64,000 nt of DNA from Vulcanimicrobiota bacterium (GCA_963714015.1 OY970223.1:320001-384000), one strand, 5' to 3'; positions 20,880-31,833 are shown, counted from the stretch's first letter. Program-made: numbers and translations. Notes: generated by a model not told the origin, from the sequence alone.

Positions 20880-22560
20880 GTGGTCCATTTCGACGACGCG
20901 CACAAACGGGTTCATCTGCCGGACGATCGGCGGATGGTTGCCATCTTGCGTCGCCCGTACCTCATCTGGCTCGTCGTGCTGATCGCCATTCCCATCGTGC
21001 TCGCCTGGATCCAGGTTCTCGCGTTCGGAATCCATTCGGCCTTTGCACCGGTCGCCGGCATCACCGGCAACGCGCCGAACGGCGTCCCGCGCGGCTTTCC
21101 CGTATGGATTCGCTGGACGCATTTTGCGAATCTGCTCTTCCTGTTCTTGCTGATGCGCAGCGGCCTCTCGATCCTCATGGACCATCCGCGGCTATACTGG
21201 AACAACAATTGCACACCGGGGTCGGAATGGCTACGTTTCACGCCGGTGACCGTTCCCGATGATCGCGTTTGGACGGCGAAAGAGGATGCCCGTTATATTT
21301 CGCCGCTCATCGCACTGCCCGGGTATCGGCACACGATCGGGATGGGCCGCTCATGGCATTTCATCACCGACTACGGCTTCATTCTCACCGGCGCCGTGTA
21401 CGTCATCATGCTCCTGATCAGCGGGCAATGGCCGCGTCTGGTTCCAACGTCGTGGGCGATCTTTCCGTTCGGCTGGCAGACCTTTGTCCATTACGCGACC
21501 TTCCATTTTCCAATCGAGCCCGATGGCTTCTACGCGTATAACGCGCTGCAGCAGCTTACGTACTTCGCGGTCGTATTCATCATGGCGCCGCTCTCGATCT
21601 TGAGCGGGATCGCAATGTCGCCGGCTCTCGACAGTGCCTTCCCATGGTATCCTCGCATCTTCGGCGGCCGACAGGGAGCCCGGTCAGTCCACTTTTTATT
21701 GCTCTGCGGATACATCGCGTTCACCATCGTCCACGTCAGTCTGGTGTTCGCCACTGGCGCGCAGCGGAATTTCAACCATGTCGTTCTGGGCACGGATAAC
21801 ACCCGGCCGCTCGGACTGATCCTCGGCTGCATCGGTCTAGCGGTGGTCGTAGGCTCCTGGATCGCCGCATACATCATCGCCTGGCGCTATCCGCGTGCGA
21901 TCCAACGGTTGCACCGGGCGCTGATCTTGCCGCTGGAATTGCGTGTGAGCGGCTGGAAGCGCTTCAACCCGGCGGAACGCTATACGCGCAAAGACATCTC
22001 GCCGTACTTCTGGCCGAACGGCAAGATGCCGGACTCTGATGAATGGAAGCAGTCTTGCGGCGGGCGAGTTCGGTGAGTTCCGCCTGCGCGTCAGCGGCTG
22101 CGTCGAGAACCCGGTCGATTTAACCCTCGACGATCTGCGTGCGCTTGGCCATGACGAGCACGTGGCCTTGCACCACTGCATTCAAGGCTGGAGCGGGGTC
22201 GCGCAGTGGGGCGGGATCTCGCTCGTACGGCTGATCGATCTGGTCAAACCGCTCGCGAGCGCGCACGCCGTCGAGTTCATTTCGTTCGCCGATGGCCTTT
22301 TCGGTGGCGTCTACTACGATATGCAGCGTCTAGAAGACGTCGTCAAGCCGGAGTGCCTGCTCGCATACGAGATGAATGATGCGCCGCTCCCCCAGGTCTA
22401 TGGTGCACCATTGCGACTTCGCGTTGAGAATCAGCTCGGCTATAAGATGGTCAAGTGGATACGCGAGATCCGCTTTGTTGAAACGGCGACTGACGTGGGC
22501 AAAGGTTACGGTGGGAAGAACGAAGACGATGAATACTTCGATCTCTTACCGTACATTTAA
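20880..22560 (+). CDS. Cytochrome b domain fused to a sulfite-oxidase-fold molybdopterin domain (MsrP/YedY-like); +1 indel ~22053
   Basis: WIRWTHFAN, RSWHF, YNALQQLTY, ARSVHF, HHCIQGWSG, YGAPLRLRVENQLGYKMVKW. Confidence 0.85.
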
Positions 22561-22576
22561 ACGGGGATATCTTCCG

Positions 22577-23588
22577 TCAGGGCGCGCCGGGGCGTGGATC
22601 CAAAATCTTTGCGATCAGCTCGGTTCGATTGCGAGATCCGGTTTTGTCCAGCAAGACTCTTTATGTGATCTTGCACGGTGGACGACGATATCTGCATGCG
22701 ATCGGCAACTTCGCTCAACGTCGCTCCAGGCATCAGCAGAGCGAGCGTTTCGAGCTCGCGCGGTGAGAGTTTGTACGCGCGAGCCGCCTTACCGAATACT
22801 TTGCCGCCGGGCGGCCGCTCAAGCAGCACACCGACGAACAAGCCCATCGGTCCGGACAGCGGCTGTGTGCGCACTGTCAAGAACGGCACGGGGTATGCGA
22901 CGCCGCTGCTCTGAGTAGCGGGATCGGATGTCCACGATGCGATGAGATCGCGAACGGTTTGTTCGATAATTGCAGGCAGACGCGTCGCCAAGCGCGCGTG
23001 TATCGAAGTAGGCGCCGCCTGACGCGCTTCCCCGGCATCCCACGTCAGGACGACCGTAAGGTTACGATCGAGGACGTGCATGAGCGGCGGGCCCTCAGCA
23101 TCGCCGGGGTCAGCCCCTGAGTCCTGTGCCAACGCCAAGCCCGAGAGCCGGTCAGTCGAGGAATCCAGTGCAAGCGCGAGCGACTGGATCTCGACCGAGG
23201 TGAAGGCGCCTAATGTTTCGGAGCGCAGCAAACTCAGTACGCCGAATTCCCTGCGGCGGTCGGAGAAAACGAGCGTGACGCCGCTTACATACGGCTGCGA
23301 GAGTGCACTCATCGTCGCAGCGAGCCGCGGTCCTGCAGTCGTCTGCCCGCGCTGAAGCAGCAATTCTTTACGCAGTTGCTCGAATTGCCCACGCCGGTCG
23401 TCAGATGTATCGGACGACAATAATTCGTCCGTCCGGACGCCGTTTCCAAAGCGCGCGAAGCTCCAATGGGAAACCGGCACCACGCACAAGATTTCGCCTA
23501 TGAGATCGCGGGCCGGATCGTCTTTTGCAAGGCTTTGCAGCACCTCGAGATCCGACCCGTCGAGCGGGATGCGCTTATTGACTGTCAA
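22577..23588 (-). CDS. LuxR-type C-terminal HTH regulator; +1 indel ~22656
   Basis: LSPRELETLALL...EVADRMQISSSTVQDHIKS, continuing LLDKTGSRNRTELIAKIL after correction. Confidence 0.72.
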
Positions 23589-23710
23589 GGCTCTTCGTGA
23601 CGCCGCTCCACCATTATCACGATAGTAAATATACCAGATTCATGAAAGAATGGGTATGCTCGCACCTATGGCTTTCCATCAGAATAGATCGGGCAGCAAG
23701 GCAAGAAACC

Positions 23711-24118
23711 ATGGTTCACAAGAGATGTGCCGTCCTGAGCTTTGACAAGGACGCTGCGATCGAGCTCGGCAACGTGCTCGTTCAGGCCGGCTACGATCGT
23801 CCCCAGCATTCTCGAGAGGTGCGCGTGGCGAGCCTGAGAGAGTACGAGCCGCAGGTCCTTGTGGTCGATTTCGATCACCTTCACAGCGATAAACTCGAGT
23901 CTATCAGGCAGCTCCGCTTTGTGCTGCCGGAGTGCGCAATCGCGGTCGTATCGTCAAACTTTGAGGATGATTGGGCTAGGCGATGTCACATGGCAGGCGC
24001 AAACGGGGTACTTTCGAGCCGCAGCGCTCCGCACCGTATGGCCGCAGCGCTGCGGTGTGCCGACAGCACGGGATGCTATACCGATCCTGAATTTTCGACG
24101 CGGCATAACGGAAATTAG
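23711..24118 (+). CDS. Atypical stand-alone receiver-like protein
   Basis: EPQVLVVDFD...ESIRQLRFVLPECAIAVVS...MAGANGVLS (NarL-type receiver pattern, conserved Lys missing). Confidence 0.6.
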   Translation: MVHKRCAVLSFDKDAAIELGNVLVQAGYDRPQHSREVRVASLREYEPQVLVVDFDHLHSDKLESIRQLRFVLPECAIAVVSSNFEDDWARRCHMAGANGVLSSRSAPHRMAAALRCADSTGCYTDPEFSTRHNGN

Positions 24119-24120
24119 GA

Positions 24121-24897
24121 TTGGAAGTGCTCTCAATCGCGCCCAACTCGAATCCGGACAGCGCCGCGCGCATTCTCGTCGAGCATCTGTATGCCCATCG
24201 CTTTCCGCCCGTTCCCGGCGTCGACATCGGAACAGCGTACCTTCTTTCGCAAGACGATGTGCGCGTTGGTGGAGATCTCCTGGATGTCTATCGGTTCAAT
24301 AACGGTTCGGTTGCGATATCGATCGCCGACATTTGCGGAAAGGGCGCAGAAGCGGCATCGCGTGCGGCGCTTGTGAAATATGGGCTGCGAGCATTCGTGT
24401 CTGCCGGTTTCACGCCCGCTCAAGTATTGCGAAACCTCAACGTGCTGTACATGGAAACGGCCGCGTTCGATGAAGTGGACAACGACTCGTTTGTAAGCGT
24501 ATTCTTGGGCGTCATCGATCCCGAACATCGCGTTATGACCTACGCGTCCGCGGGGCACGAGCCTGCGATCATCTTACGTCCGGACTGCCCGCCCGAACTG
24601 CTGCCGCCTACAGCGCCGATCGTTGGGGTGTTTGCGGAGTCGCAGAAGCTTTTTCATCAGCGGCTCGTTTATTTGCCGCCCGGCGGTTCGACGTTAGTTG
24701 CCACGACGGACGGCATTACGGAAGCGCGAACTCAAGAAGGCGCATTCATTGAATTCGATCAAATCATGCAGTGGATCGATCACAACCGCACGGCGGGCGC
24801 GCAGGAGCAGGCCGATCGGCTGATGTCCTCCACGATAGACTTTTGCGGCGGACGCCCGCGAGATGATATAGCCATCGCGGTCGCGCGGTTCGCCTGA
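24121..24897 (+). CDS. PP2C/SpoIIE (RsbU-like) phosphatase
   Basis: VGGDLLD, IADICGKG, YASAGHEP, TDGITEAR, RDDIAI. Confidence 0.87.
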   Translation: MEVLSIAPNSNPDSAARILVEHLYAHRFPPVPGVDIGTAYLLSQDDVRVGGDLLDVYRFNNGSVAISIADICGKGAEAASRAALVKYGLRAFVSAGFTPAQVLRNLNVLYMETAAFDEVDNDSFVSVFLGVIDPEHRVMTYASAGHEPAIILRPDCPPELLPPTAPIVGVFAESQKLFHQRLVYLPPGGSTLVATTDGITEARTQEGAFIEFDQIMQWIDHNRTAGAQEQADRLMSSTIDFCGGRPRDDIAIAVARFA

Positions 24898-24902
24898 CCG
24901 GC

Positions 24903-25241
24903 ATGTTCGCGGATTCAGGCGCGCATCTCGTCTCGGTGCTCGTGATCAGCGTCGATCCGCCGGACTGCGACGCCGTTGCCGCCCAGGCAACTGCTTTGAT
25001 GCAAAACAAGAGCACCCTTCCCGGGTTTCTCGAAGGTGAAATATTCAAGAGCGAAGACCGGCAACGCGTGCTCGTCATAACCGAATGGACGTCGCGCCAA
25101 GAGTGGAGCGCCTCCCAATGGGATCGGGAGGTCGGCACGGACATAGCAACGATTTCGCAGACCGCGATGGCCGTTGACTCGCGAACGTATTTTCGGATAG
25201 GCCGCACAATTCAGCCCGGCGGCGCCCAGGATGAGGGTTAG
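24903..25241 (+). CDS. Antibiotic biosynthesis monooxygenase (ABM)-fold protein
   Basis: LPGFLEGEIFKSEDRQRVLVITEWTS. Confidence 0.6.
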   Translation: MFADSGAHLVSVLVISVDPPDCDAVAAQATALMQNKSTLPGFLEGEIFKSEDRQRVLVITEWTSRQEWSASQWDREVGTDIATISQTAMAVDSRTYFRIGRTIQPGGAQDEG

Positions 25242-25311
25242 AGCGATCGTGATCGACCAAAAGTAGCGTTTGGGATACTGGGTATCTCCACGGTGCGGCA
25301 GGCCGCGAGGT

Positions 25312-25337
25312 GTTGCGCGTTGGTCTTTGGAGGGTAG
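25312..25337 (+). promoter_or_regulatory. SigB/SigF-like promoter
   Basis: GTTG-N16-GGGTAG, 13 nt before ATG 25351. Confidence 0.4.
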
Positions 25338-25350
25338 TGCGGGTTCACTT

Positions 25351-26472
25351 ATGGCGGATAAAATACAGACTGCCGTGCAAGACGATATGTTTGCAGCGAA
25401 GCGGCGCAGCGAACAGGTTCTTTTCGCGGTCCGCATCTGCTGGCTGGTGATTCTCGGCGGTTTCATCCTCTTCAAAGTGTTCGAGTTCCTCGGACACCTG
25501 CGCACCGTCACGATCGTAGTTATCGGAGCGGTGCTCTTTGCGTACCTGCTCTATCCGGCTATCTCCCGATTGAAACGCCGGATGCCCCTTGGCGCGGCAC
25601 TCGGCATCGTGTATCTTTGCATCGCCGTCTTGGTCGCCTTCGCGATATCCGTGGTCGTGCCAATATTGGCCGACGATGCGGAGCGTTTAGTGCACGACGC
25701 GCCGCTGCTCGTGCACAATGCCCAAAACGCCCTTGTGGATCCAGCGAATCCGTTAGTTCGGCACTTGCCGGGCGGAGTGCGCGCGTATTTGATCGCTCTG
25801 CCGGCGCAAGTGCAGACGAATGTCGCAAGATACGCCGGGGGCGTCGCTGTGACAATTTTGCCGGTCCTATTGTCGGTCGTGACGATTGGCGCGCTCTTCG
25901 TGATTATACCTGTTGTGGCCGCCTATCTCATGCTCGAAGCAGACGGGCTCAAGCGCACGCTTTTAGGGTTCGTACCTGCGGGCGCGCAAAATAAGACGGT
26001 GAAGATTATCGGCGATCTCGACCACGTCGTGGGCGGCTTCATTCGCGGTCAGCTCATCGTCGCGGCAATCGTCGGAACGCTCGTGACGGTCCTACTGCTC
26101 GGTCTACACGTGCGATATGCTCTGCTTATCGGAGTCGTAGCGGGAATACTCGACGTGATCCCATACGTCGGCGCAATTGCCGGGTGGCTCCCCGCGTTTG
26201 CAATCGCACTTTTTACGAATGGCATCGAAAACGCCGTATTCGTAACGGTTGGCATCGTCGTGATCAACCAGCTCGAAGGGCACATCATCGCACCCAACGT
26301 GGTGAGCAAGAGCGTGGAGTTAACGCCGTTAGCCGTAGTGCTCGCGCTCATTGCCGGCGGCGAACTGGGAGGCATCGCAGGTCTGTTGCTCGCGGTGCCG
26401 GTCGCTGGGATCATCCGGGTAATAATTGTGAATTTCCGTCCGAAGCCCGTCCCACCCGCCGATCATAGTTGA
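25351..26472 (+). CDS. AI-2E family transporter
   Basis: AYLLYP, GGFIRGQL, DVIPYVGA, NQLEGHIIAP, GLLLAVP. Confidence 0.9.
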   Translation: MADKIQTAVQDDMFAAKRRSEQVLFAVRICWLVILGGFILFKVFEFLGHLRTVTIVVIGAVLFAYLLYPAISRLKRRMPLGAALGIVYLCIAVLVAFAISVVVPILADDAERLVHDAPLLVHNAQNALVDPANPLVRHLPGGVRAYLIALPAQVQTNVARYAGGVAVTILPVLLSVVTIGALFVIIPVVAAYLMLEADGLKRTLLGFVPAGAQNKTVKIIGDLDHVVGGFIRGQLIVAAIVGTLVTVLLLGLHVRYALLIGVVAGILDVIPYVGAIAGWLPAFAIALFTNGIENAVFVTVGIVVINQLEGHIIAPNVVSKSVELTPLAVVLALIAGGELGGIAGLLLAVPVAGIIRVIIVNFRPKPVPPADHS

Positions 26473-26706
26473 CCGGGGGAGGTTGGTGCTCAGGATGCGC
26501 GTCCGGCACAAATTCTCTTTCTAAAGGTACATCGTGCGGTCAAGTGATTTCCGGACGGGGTTAGCACCTAGCGTATCCCTAAGCATGCTGTTAAAACAGC
26601 AGGCTTAGCAAACAAAACGGAGTCAAGCAGAAAAGCCTTAAGACTCAGGGCTTACAGGCCCTTCTTTTTTTTCGGGGCGGCTTGACTCAGCGACTACGCT
26701 GCTTCG

Positions 26707-27153
26707 TTAGAGCTGGGGTTTCGCCGGCTCGCGCCGGGCGACGCTACGGCCTTCATCGAGATCCAGAAGGTCCGGCCACGTCGTAACATCGGTTCGCTCG
26801 GGAGCGATGTGCGCGCGCAGAGTTGTGAAATGCTCGAGTGACTCGCCTTTGGGAGTTTTGGTCATCCAGCGCTCGTTGAACGACCTGATTTCCTCAGGCG
26901 ATTTCTTTTCGAGAAACCCTTTTGTATAGCCCTCGATCTCGGCATTGTTCTTGGCGACCTTGACGAACTCCAGAAATTCGGAGCCTTTCATACCAAGAAA
27001 CTCGAAGAGGCCTTCATCCATTGTGGAAGGATACTCGTATTCTCCGAGAGTGCCGTGCGCCAAGGCTTTCGCCTTGTCGGTGGTTCGCGCAAGTTGCACG
27101 ATTCCGAGGAGTTTTTCTCGAACGCTACGCGGCGTTGTTTGGGTAAGATCCAT
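26707..27153 (-). CDS. DUF5069-like protein
   Basis: MDLTQTTPRSVREKLLGIVQLARTTDKAKA...GTLGEYEY...MD...LDLDEGR. Confidence 0.75.
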   Translation of the reverse strand: MDLTQTTPRSVREKLLGIVQLARTTDKAKALAHGTLGEYEYPSTMDEGLFEFLGMKGSEFLEFVKVAKNNAEIEGYTKGFLEKKSPEEIRSFNERWMTKTPKGESLEHFTTLRAHIAPERTDVTTWPDLLDLDEGRSVARREPAKPQL

Positions 27154-27542
27154 TTTTTTCCATACTTCCGGAATTGTTATTCCGTACCTACGAACCGTGC
27201 AACGTCAATTTAGTTGCGAAACGAAAAATTAGAAAAGCTTTTAAAGGTTTCTGCAATCTTTTGACGGCGGGCTCCGCTCGCTCCACATTGCGCTTCGAAT
27301 AGCACGTCATGGACAAGAGCCCTCATCCAGGGAAAGACAGCGCCGGGACCGCGCCTGCAGTAGCATTGGGCGCCTGGCGGTATGCCGTTAAGGACATGCA
27401 GCGTCGTCAACACGATAAGAAGGACGCTGAGTGGATCGGGTCCAGTTGCTGTGAACGTGCGCCGATAGCGCACAACACGGCAACAACGACCGATTTCAAT
27501 CGACCTCACGGCCGAGTCGGTCACGAATCTCTCAACTGATGG

Positions 27543-27577
27543 TTGACAACGGAACCCATATTATCTACTATGTAGAT
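27543..27577 (+). promoter_or_regulatory. Sigma70 promoter with overlapping palindrome (probable PadR operator)
   Basis: TTGACA(27543)-N17-TACTAT(27566); ATCTAC-TAT-GTAGAT at 27563-27577; transcript nearly leaderless. Confidence 0.75.
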
Positions 27578-27580
27578 GTT

Positions 27581-27913
27581 ATGGGGAAGGGTCAATACCT
27601 CGGCGAGTTCGAGCACATCGTTCTGTTAGCCGTACTTCGATTGGGTGACGGAGCCTACGGCGCGATGATTCGAGAAGAAATCGAATCGACGACGGGGCGA
27701 TCTCCGGCAATCGGCGCCGTGCACGCAACGCTCGAGCGTTTAGAGCACAAAGGTTTCATGTCATCCTGGATCGGTGAACCAACGGCTGAGCGCGGCGGCA
27801 AAGCCAAGCGTCACTTCAAAATTGAAGCAGCGGGTCTTGCAGCGCTCAAAGAAGCACGGCAAACCCTCGAACGGCTCCACGCCGGCTTGTCGCTGCGCGC
27901 CGCAATCGTATGA
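27581..27913 (+). CDS. PadR family regulator
   Basis: LGEFEHIVLLAVLRL...AYG...GAVHATLERLEHKG...ERGGKAKRHF. Confidence 0.9.
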   Translation: MGKGQYLGEFEHIVLLAVLRLGDGAYGAMIREEIESTTGRSPAIGAVHATLERLEHKGFMSSWIGEPTAERGGKAKRHFKIEAAGLAALKEARQTLERLHAGLSLRAAIV

Positions 27914-28486
27914 TGCCGCCGTTTTTAGCCCAGGCGCTCGTCGCCGCAGCCGCGCCTCCGAACGATTACGAAAGCGTCGTCGGCGATCTTCACGAGGAAT
28001 ACGTCCGGCTTTCTCGATTTTCAGGGCAAGGCGCGGCGAATCGCTGGTACTGGTCGCAAGTAATACGCTCGATTCCATCGCTGCTTTCCTATTCGCGCGC
28101 GCAGCGCTCCGTCGGAGCGGCGGCCCGCACTGTTCTTATCGTCGCAGCGGTATTGTTCGTCATGATGCTCGCAATCGAACCGATCAACGATCTGTTGCGC
28201 GCAATTTTCGGCCACCAACGCAGCCCCGTATGGGCGCTCTTCGCCGCAGCTCTGGTTAGACGCCGTCGTGTTCGGCGCCATACTCGCGTTGATTATTCGA
28301 TCCGGCGGCGTTCGATTGGCATTCACTGCCGCGCTGCTCTTTGTCGCCGGCATAGCTATTCCGACCCTTCTCGGTTATTCATCGCGCCTTCCACTCTATG
28401 AGTGGGTCCTCATCGTCGGCTCGATTCCTGCAATGAGCGCCGGTGCGGGTCTCTATCAAATCATCCGTAGACGCAAAAAGGACTAA
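27910..28486 (+). CDS. PadR-associated membrane protein; +1 indel ~28252
   Basis: ESVVGDLHEEY...ANRWYWSQV followed by about four TM helices; ORFs 27910 and 28268 join. Confidence 0.62.
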
Positions 28487-28491
28487 CCACC

Positions 28492-30015
28492 ATGATCGGA
28501 TTCCCTCGTCCAGCCGCGGCGGCGAGCCTTGTTTGTGCTGCTTTCATATGGTGCCTCGGCTTAACCTTACCGTCTGCGCAGAGCCTTTCCGCCACGCAGT
28601 TGGGCTTGCATCTGGCACCGTGCGTGCAAGGCCGCGGGAAAGTACCCGCACTTTGCGGTACGTTCGGTGTTTACGAAAACCGCGCCGCTCACAGCGGACG
28701 CATCATACCGCTCAACCTCGTGCTCGTGAAAGCGAAACATCATGCGCGAGGCGTCATCGCCGAGATTGGCGGCGGCCCCGGCGAAGGCGCGGCTTCGTTT
28801 GCGCCCTGGGTATTGGACGGTGACTTCGGAAAAGCACGACAATCATCGCACGACGATTACGACTATTTGTTCGTGGACAACCGCGGGATGGGCGACTCGA
28901 GTCCGCTCACGTGCGATTTGGCGCCCGCAGATCGCCCGCAAAGCTACTTCCGCTATCTATTCCCGCCGGACCTTGTGCGGCAATGCCGTACACGTAATGC
29001 GAAGACGCACAATCTTCCGCTCTACAACACGAATATTGCGGTAGACGACCTCGACGACGTGCGGGCCGCACTCGGATATGGCAAGATTATTCTGGACGGC
29101 GGTTCGTACGGGACGTTTTTCTCGCTCGTGTACATGCGGCGCCATCCTCAGCACGTGCAAGCCGCTATCCTCGACGGCGTCACCGCACCACACTTCCAAA
29201 CGGATCTAGGCTCGCCCGAAGGCGCGCAGACAGCGCTGGATGATCTCTTCGTCAAGTGCCGGCGTGACAACGTTTGCAACTCGCACTTTCCGCGCTTCGC
29301 GCAACATTTCACAGCGCTCGTAAGCCGGTTCGACGCCGGACCGATCGCGGTACCCCTCTTCCAGTCCAAGGCTCACGATGCGCTTTCGTTGGAGCTTTCG
29401 AAAGGCGTTCTCGTCGATCAACTCCGGCATATGCTCTACGATCCGATAGCAGAGGCGTACCTGCCGTACATCGTCGAACGCGCTTACAATCGCGACTATG
29501 CGCCCCTCGCTCAAATGATCCAGACGGTCGTGCAAGGTATTGAAGGCATGCCGATGGGGGCGTTTCTCTCGTACAGCTGCGCGGACTTGATGCCGTTTAT
29601 CACACCGCAGCAGATCGCGTTTTCGCGCGAACACACATTCGCGGGCGATTTGCGTATTCGCGCCCAGCAGCAAGCATGCGTGTCATGGAACGTGCCGGCG
29701 ATGCCCGCAAGCTTCAACGATCCGGTGCGCAGCAACGCGCCCGTGCTCATGATTCTGGGCTCGGACGACCCGGCCACGCCGCCGCAGTACGGCGAAGAAG
29801 CGCTGCGGTACCTGCCGAACGGTCGCGCCATCGTCGTTGAAGGCGCAGGGCACGGTGCGGACAATGCGTGCACGGACGAGTTACGTCTCCAATTTCTGCG
29901 AACCGGTTCCGCAAAGGGATTGGACGTTTCGAAATGCACGGCGACGTTCGAGCAGCCGCAGTTTGCGCTCTCAATGAAGGACTGGCCGTCAGCTACCTGC
30001 GCAGTCGTTCTTTAA
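28492..30015 (+). CDS. Secreted alpha/beta hydrolase (TAP/tripeptidyl-peptidase-like)
   Basis: Signal peptide; GGGPG, DNRGMG, GGSYGT, DDPATP, GAGHG. Confidence 0.85.
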   Translation: MIGFPRPAAAASLVCAAFIWCLGLTLPSAQSLSATQLGLHLAPCVQGRGKVPALCGTFGVYENRAAHSGRIIPLNLVLVKAKHHARGVIAEIGGGPGEGAASFAPWVLDGDFGKARQSSHDDYDYLFVDNRGMGDSSPLTCDLAPADRPQSYFRYLFPPDLVRQCRTRNAKTHNLPLYNTNIAVDDLDDVRAALGYGKIILDGGSYGTFFSLVYMRRHPQHVQAAILDGVTAPHFQTDLGSPEGAQTALDDLFVKCRRDNVCNSHFPRFAQHFTALVSRFDAGPIAVPLFQSKAHDALSLELSKGVLVDQLRHMLYDPIAEAYLPYIVERAYNRDYAPLAQMIQTVVQGIEGMPMGAFLSYSCADLMPFITPQQIAFSREHTFAGDLRIRAQQQACVSWNVPAMPASFNDPVRSNAPVLMILGSDDPATPPQYGEEALRYLPNGRAIVVEGAGHGADNACTDELRLQFLRTGSAKGLDVSKCTATFEQPQFALSMKDWPSATCAVVL

Positions 30016-30081
30016 CCCGCTTCAGACCGGACAACGCAGCCCGTAACAGCTAGCGCGTCAAATCCGAATGCCGATCTCGAC

Positions 30082-30627
30082 TTAGCGGCGCTTTTTCTTA
30101 GCCGTAGTACGCGACGATCCCGAGGTTTTGCGAGTCGTTTTGCGCGCCGGCGACTTGCGAGGGCCACCCCTCTTGCCGGCGCTTTGCATCAGACGCTGCT
30201 TCGCCTCTGCCATTTCCTCCCCCAACTCGTCCAATTCTTCTTGTTCGAGCACTTCCCGGGCTAGAGAAAAAATGGTCGACTCTTCCTCCTTCACGTGATG
30301 TTTCACGTTTTCGCCCAACACTTGGAGTTCGGCTTTGAAGCGCTCGTCGTTTCGCCGAGTGGATTTCAACAGCGTAATCAAATGCTTGACGACGTCGTGC
30401 TCCGTAAATGCCTCGAAGACGTCCACGCGTTCTTCGTCTTGCTCGGCGCGATCGCGAAGTTGAGGATAGAACAGCCGCTCCTCGATCTCGGCGTGCACGG
30501 TCAACGCTTGCGCGATTTGCTGGCCGAGCTCTTTGAGCCGCTCGTCACCAGGCTCGCACCCCTGTACTTCGTCGATGAGGCCGCTCACGGTTTTGTGGTC
30601 GGCCTTCAAAAGAGCCAGTGCGTCCAA
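30082..30627 (-). CDS. Hemerythrin (HHE) domain protein with basic tail
   Basis: DALALLKADH, HAEIEERLFYP, EH, HHVKEEE; Lys/Arg-rich C-terminus; TTG start after an RBS. Confidence 0.85.
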   Translation of the reverse strand: MDALALLKADHKTVSGLIDEVQGCEPGDERLKELGQQIAQALTVHAEIEERLFYPQLRDRAEQDEERVDVFEAFTEHDVVKHLITLLKSTRRNDERFKAELQVLGENVKHHVKEEESTIFSLAREVLEQEELDELGEEMAEAKQRLMQSAGKRGGPRKSPARKTTRKTSGSSRTTAKKKRR

Positions 30628-30667
30628 AGCAGTCCTGCCTTTCGTAATTATGACTATTGACTTGGTA

Positions 30668-30693
30668 ATGCCCGACATAAACCAGACCGAAAC
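30668..30693 (-). promoter_or_regulatory. SigB/SigF-like promoter
   Basis: GTTT-N16-GGGCAT upstream of the hemerythrin gene. Confidence 0.45.
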
Positions 30694-30800
30694 CGGCGCA
30701 CACCATGCTGCCGTCAAGATACTGAGCGGGCGTTTGGCCCGTCGGCTTCCGAGGCATCACATTTGCACGGTCCGACTATCCGACGCGTTTCGCCAAACCG

Positions 30801-30908
30801 CTATCCGGCGATCATTGCGAACGCCAAGACCAAAGCCAGGCGGATGCGTTTTGACTTGGGGTCGCCGGTCGTCACTCGCTGCAGCAGCCCTTCGACTTCG
30901 TTAAACAT
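30801..30908 (-). CDS. 35-aa ORF with hydrophobic tail (microprotein or truncated gene)
   Basis: GAGGGGA RBS; MFNEVEGLLQRVTTGDPKSKRIRLALVLAFAMIAG; start overlaps the yihY stop. Confidence 0.3.
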   Translation of the reverse strand: MFNEVEGLLQRVTTGDPKSKRIRLALVLAFAMIAG

Positions 30909-31833
30909 GTGCTTCCCCTCTAACTATGGAACTCCGGCGAGTAGGAACCTCATCGCGCGTCGACGTCGCCTCGGATTGCGAGCCGTACCGTTTCGCGTAG
31001 ACCTGAGTCACTTCTGCACCGAACAGGACGATTTGCGCGGAGTAGTTTACCCAAATGAGAAAAACGACGAGCGAACCGAACGCTCCGTATCCGGAACTGA
31101 TTCCGGCGCGCCCGAGATACCACCCGAGCAAGAATTGACCGATGACGAACAGGAAAGACGTCACGCCGCCGCCGACCCAGACGTCACGCCACTCGACGCG
31201 GCATTCAGGCAGATACTCGTAAAGTAGTGCGAACGCGGCCCACAGGACGCCGAACGACACGACGAAGTCGGCGATTTTCACGAGCGTAGCGAAGCCCGGG
31301 AAAACGTGCGTGAAGTATGTCGCCATGATCGTCAAGAGTGCATTGACGCCGATTGACACGAGTAGCAGCAGCGCAATGCCGATCATCACGCCGAAGCTCG
31401 AGAGGCGCTGCCGGATCGTGTCTTTGAGGGTCATTTTTTTCGGGGTCACGTCCCATACCGCGTTCAGCGCGAACTGGACGGCGCCGAACAACCCTATCGC
31501 GGCCACGATAAAGACAATCCATCCGATGATTTGCGCCACTATGCCCTTACGCGGCTGATTGAACGTCGTAGCGACGATTTGCTTGACCGCGCCTGCGCCG
31601 GCGCCTGCGTCACGCTGCAGATAACCGAATATCAAGTTCAGCACGCGCTGGTGATCCTTGATGACCAGGCCCGCGATCTCGACGAGGACGATGATCAACG
31701 GGGCAACGGCGAACGCGGCGAAATACGCGAGCGCGGCGGCAAGCCATTGTCCGTTATGTCTTTGAAAATCAGCCCAAGACTCTTTTGCGACCGGAACTAT
31801 TTCTTTCCGGACTGTATCCCACTTTGCGCCCAT
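30901..31833 (-). CDS. YihY/BrkB family membrane protein
   Basis: LAAALAYFAAFAVAP, ALNAVW, YEYLP, YGAFGSLVVFLIWVNYSAQIVLFGAE. Confidence 0.9.
   Translation of the reverse strand: MGAKWDTVRKEIVPVAKESWADFQRHNGQWLAAALAYFAAFAVAPLIIVLVEIAGLVIKDHQRVLNLIFGYLQRDAGAGAGAVKQIVATTFNQPRKGIVAQIIGWIVFIVAAIGLFGAVQFALNAVWDVTPKKMTLKDTIRQRLSSFGVMIGIALLLLVSIGVNALLTIMATYFTHVFPGFATLVKIADFVVSFGVLWAAFALLYEYLPECRVEWRDVWVGGGVTSFLFVIGQFLLGWYLGRAGISSGYGAFGSLVVFLIWVNYSAQIVLFGAEVTQVYAKRYGSQSEATSTRDEVPTRRSSIVRGEAHV

Noticed and set aside
27210..27539. ORFs between the DUF5069 and padR genes
   Set aside because: No RBS, motif or convincing composition on either strand.
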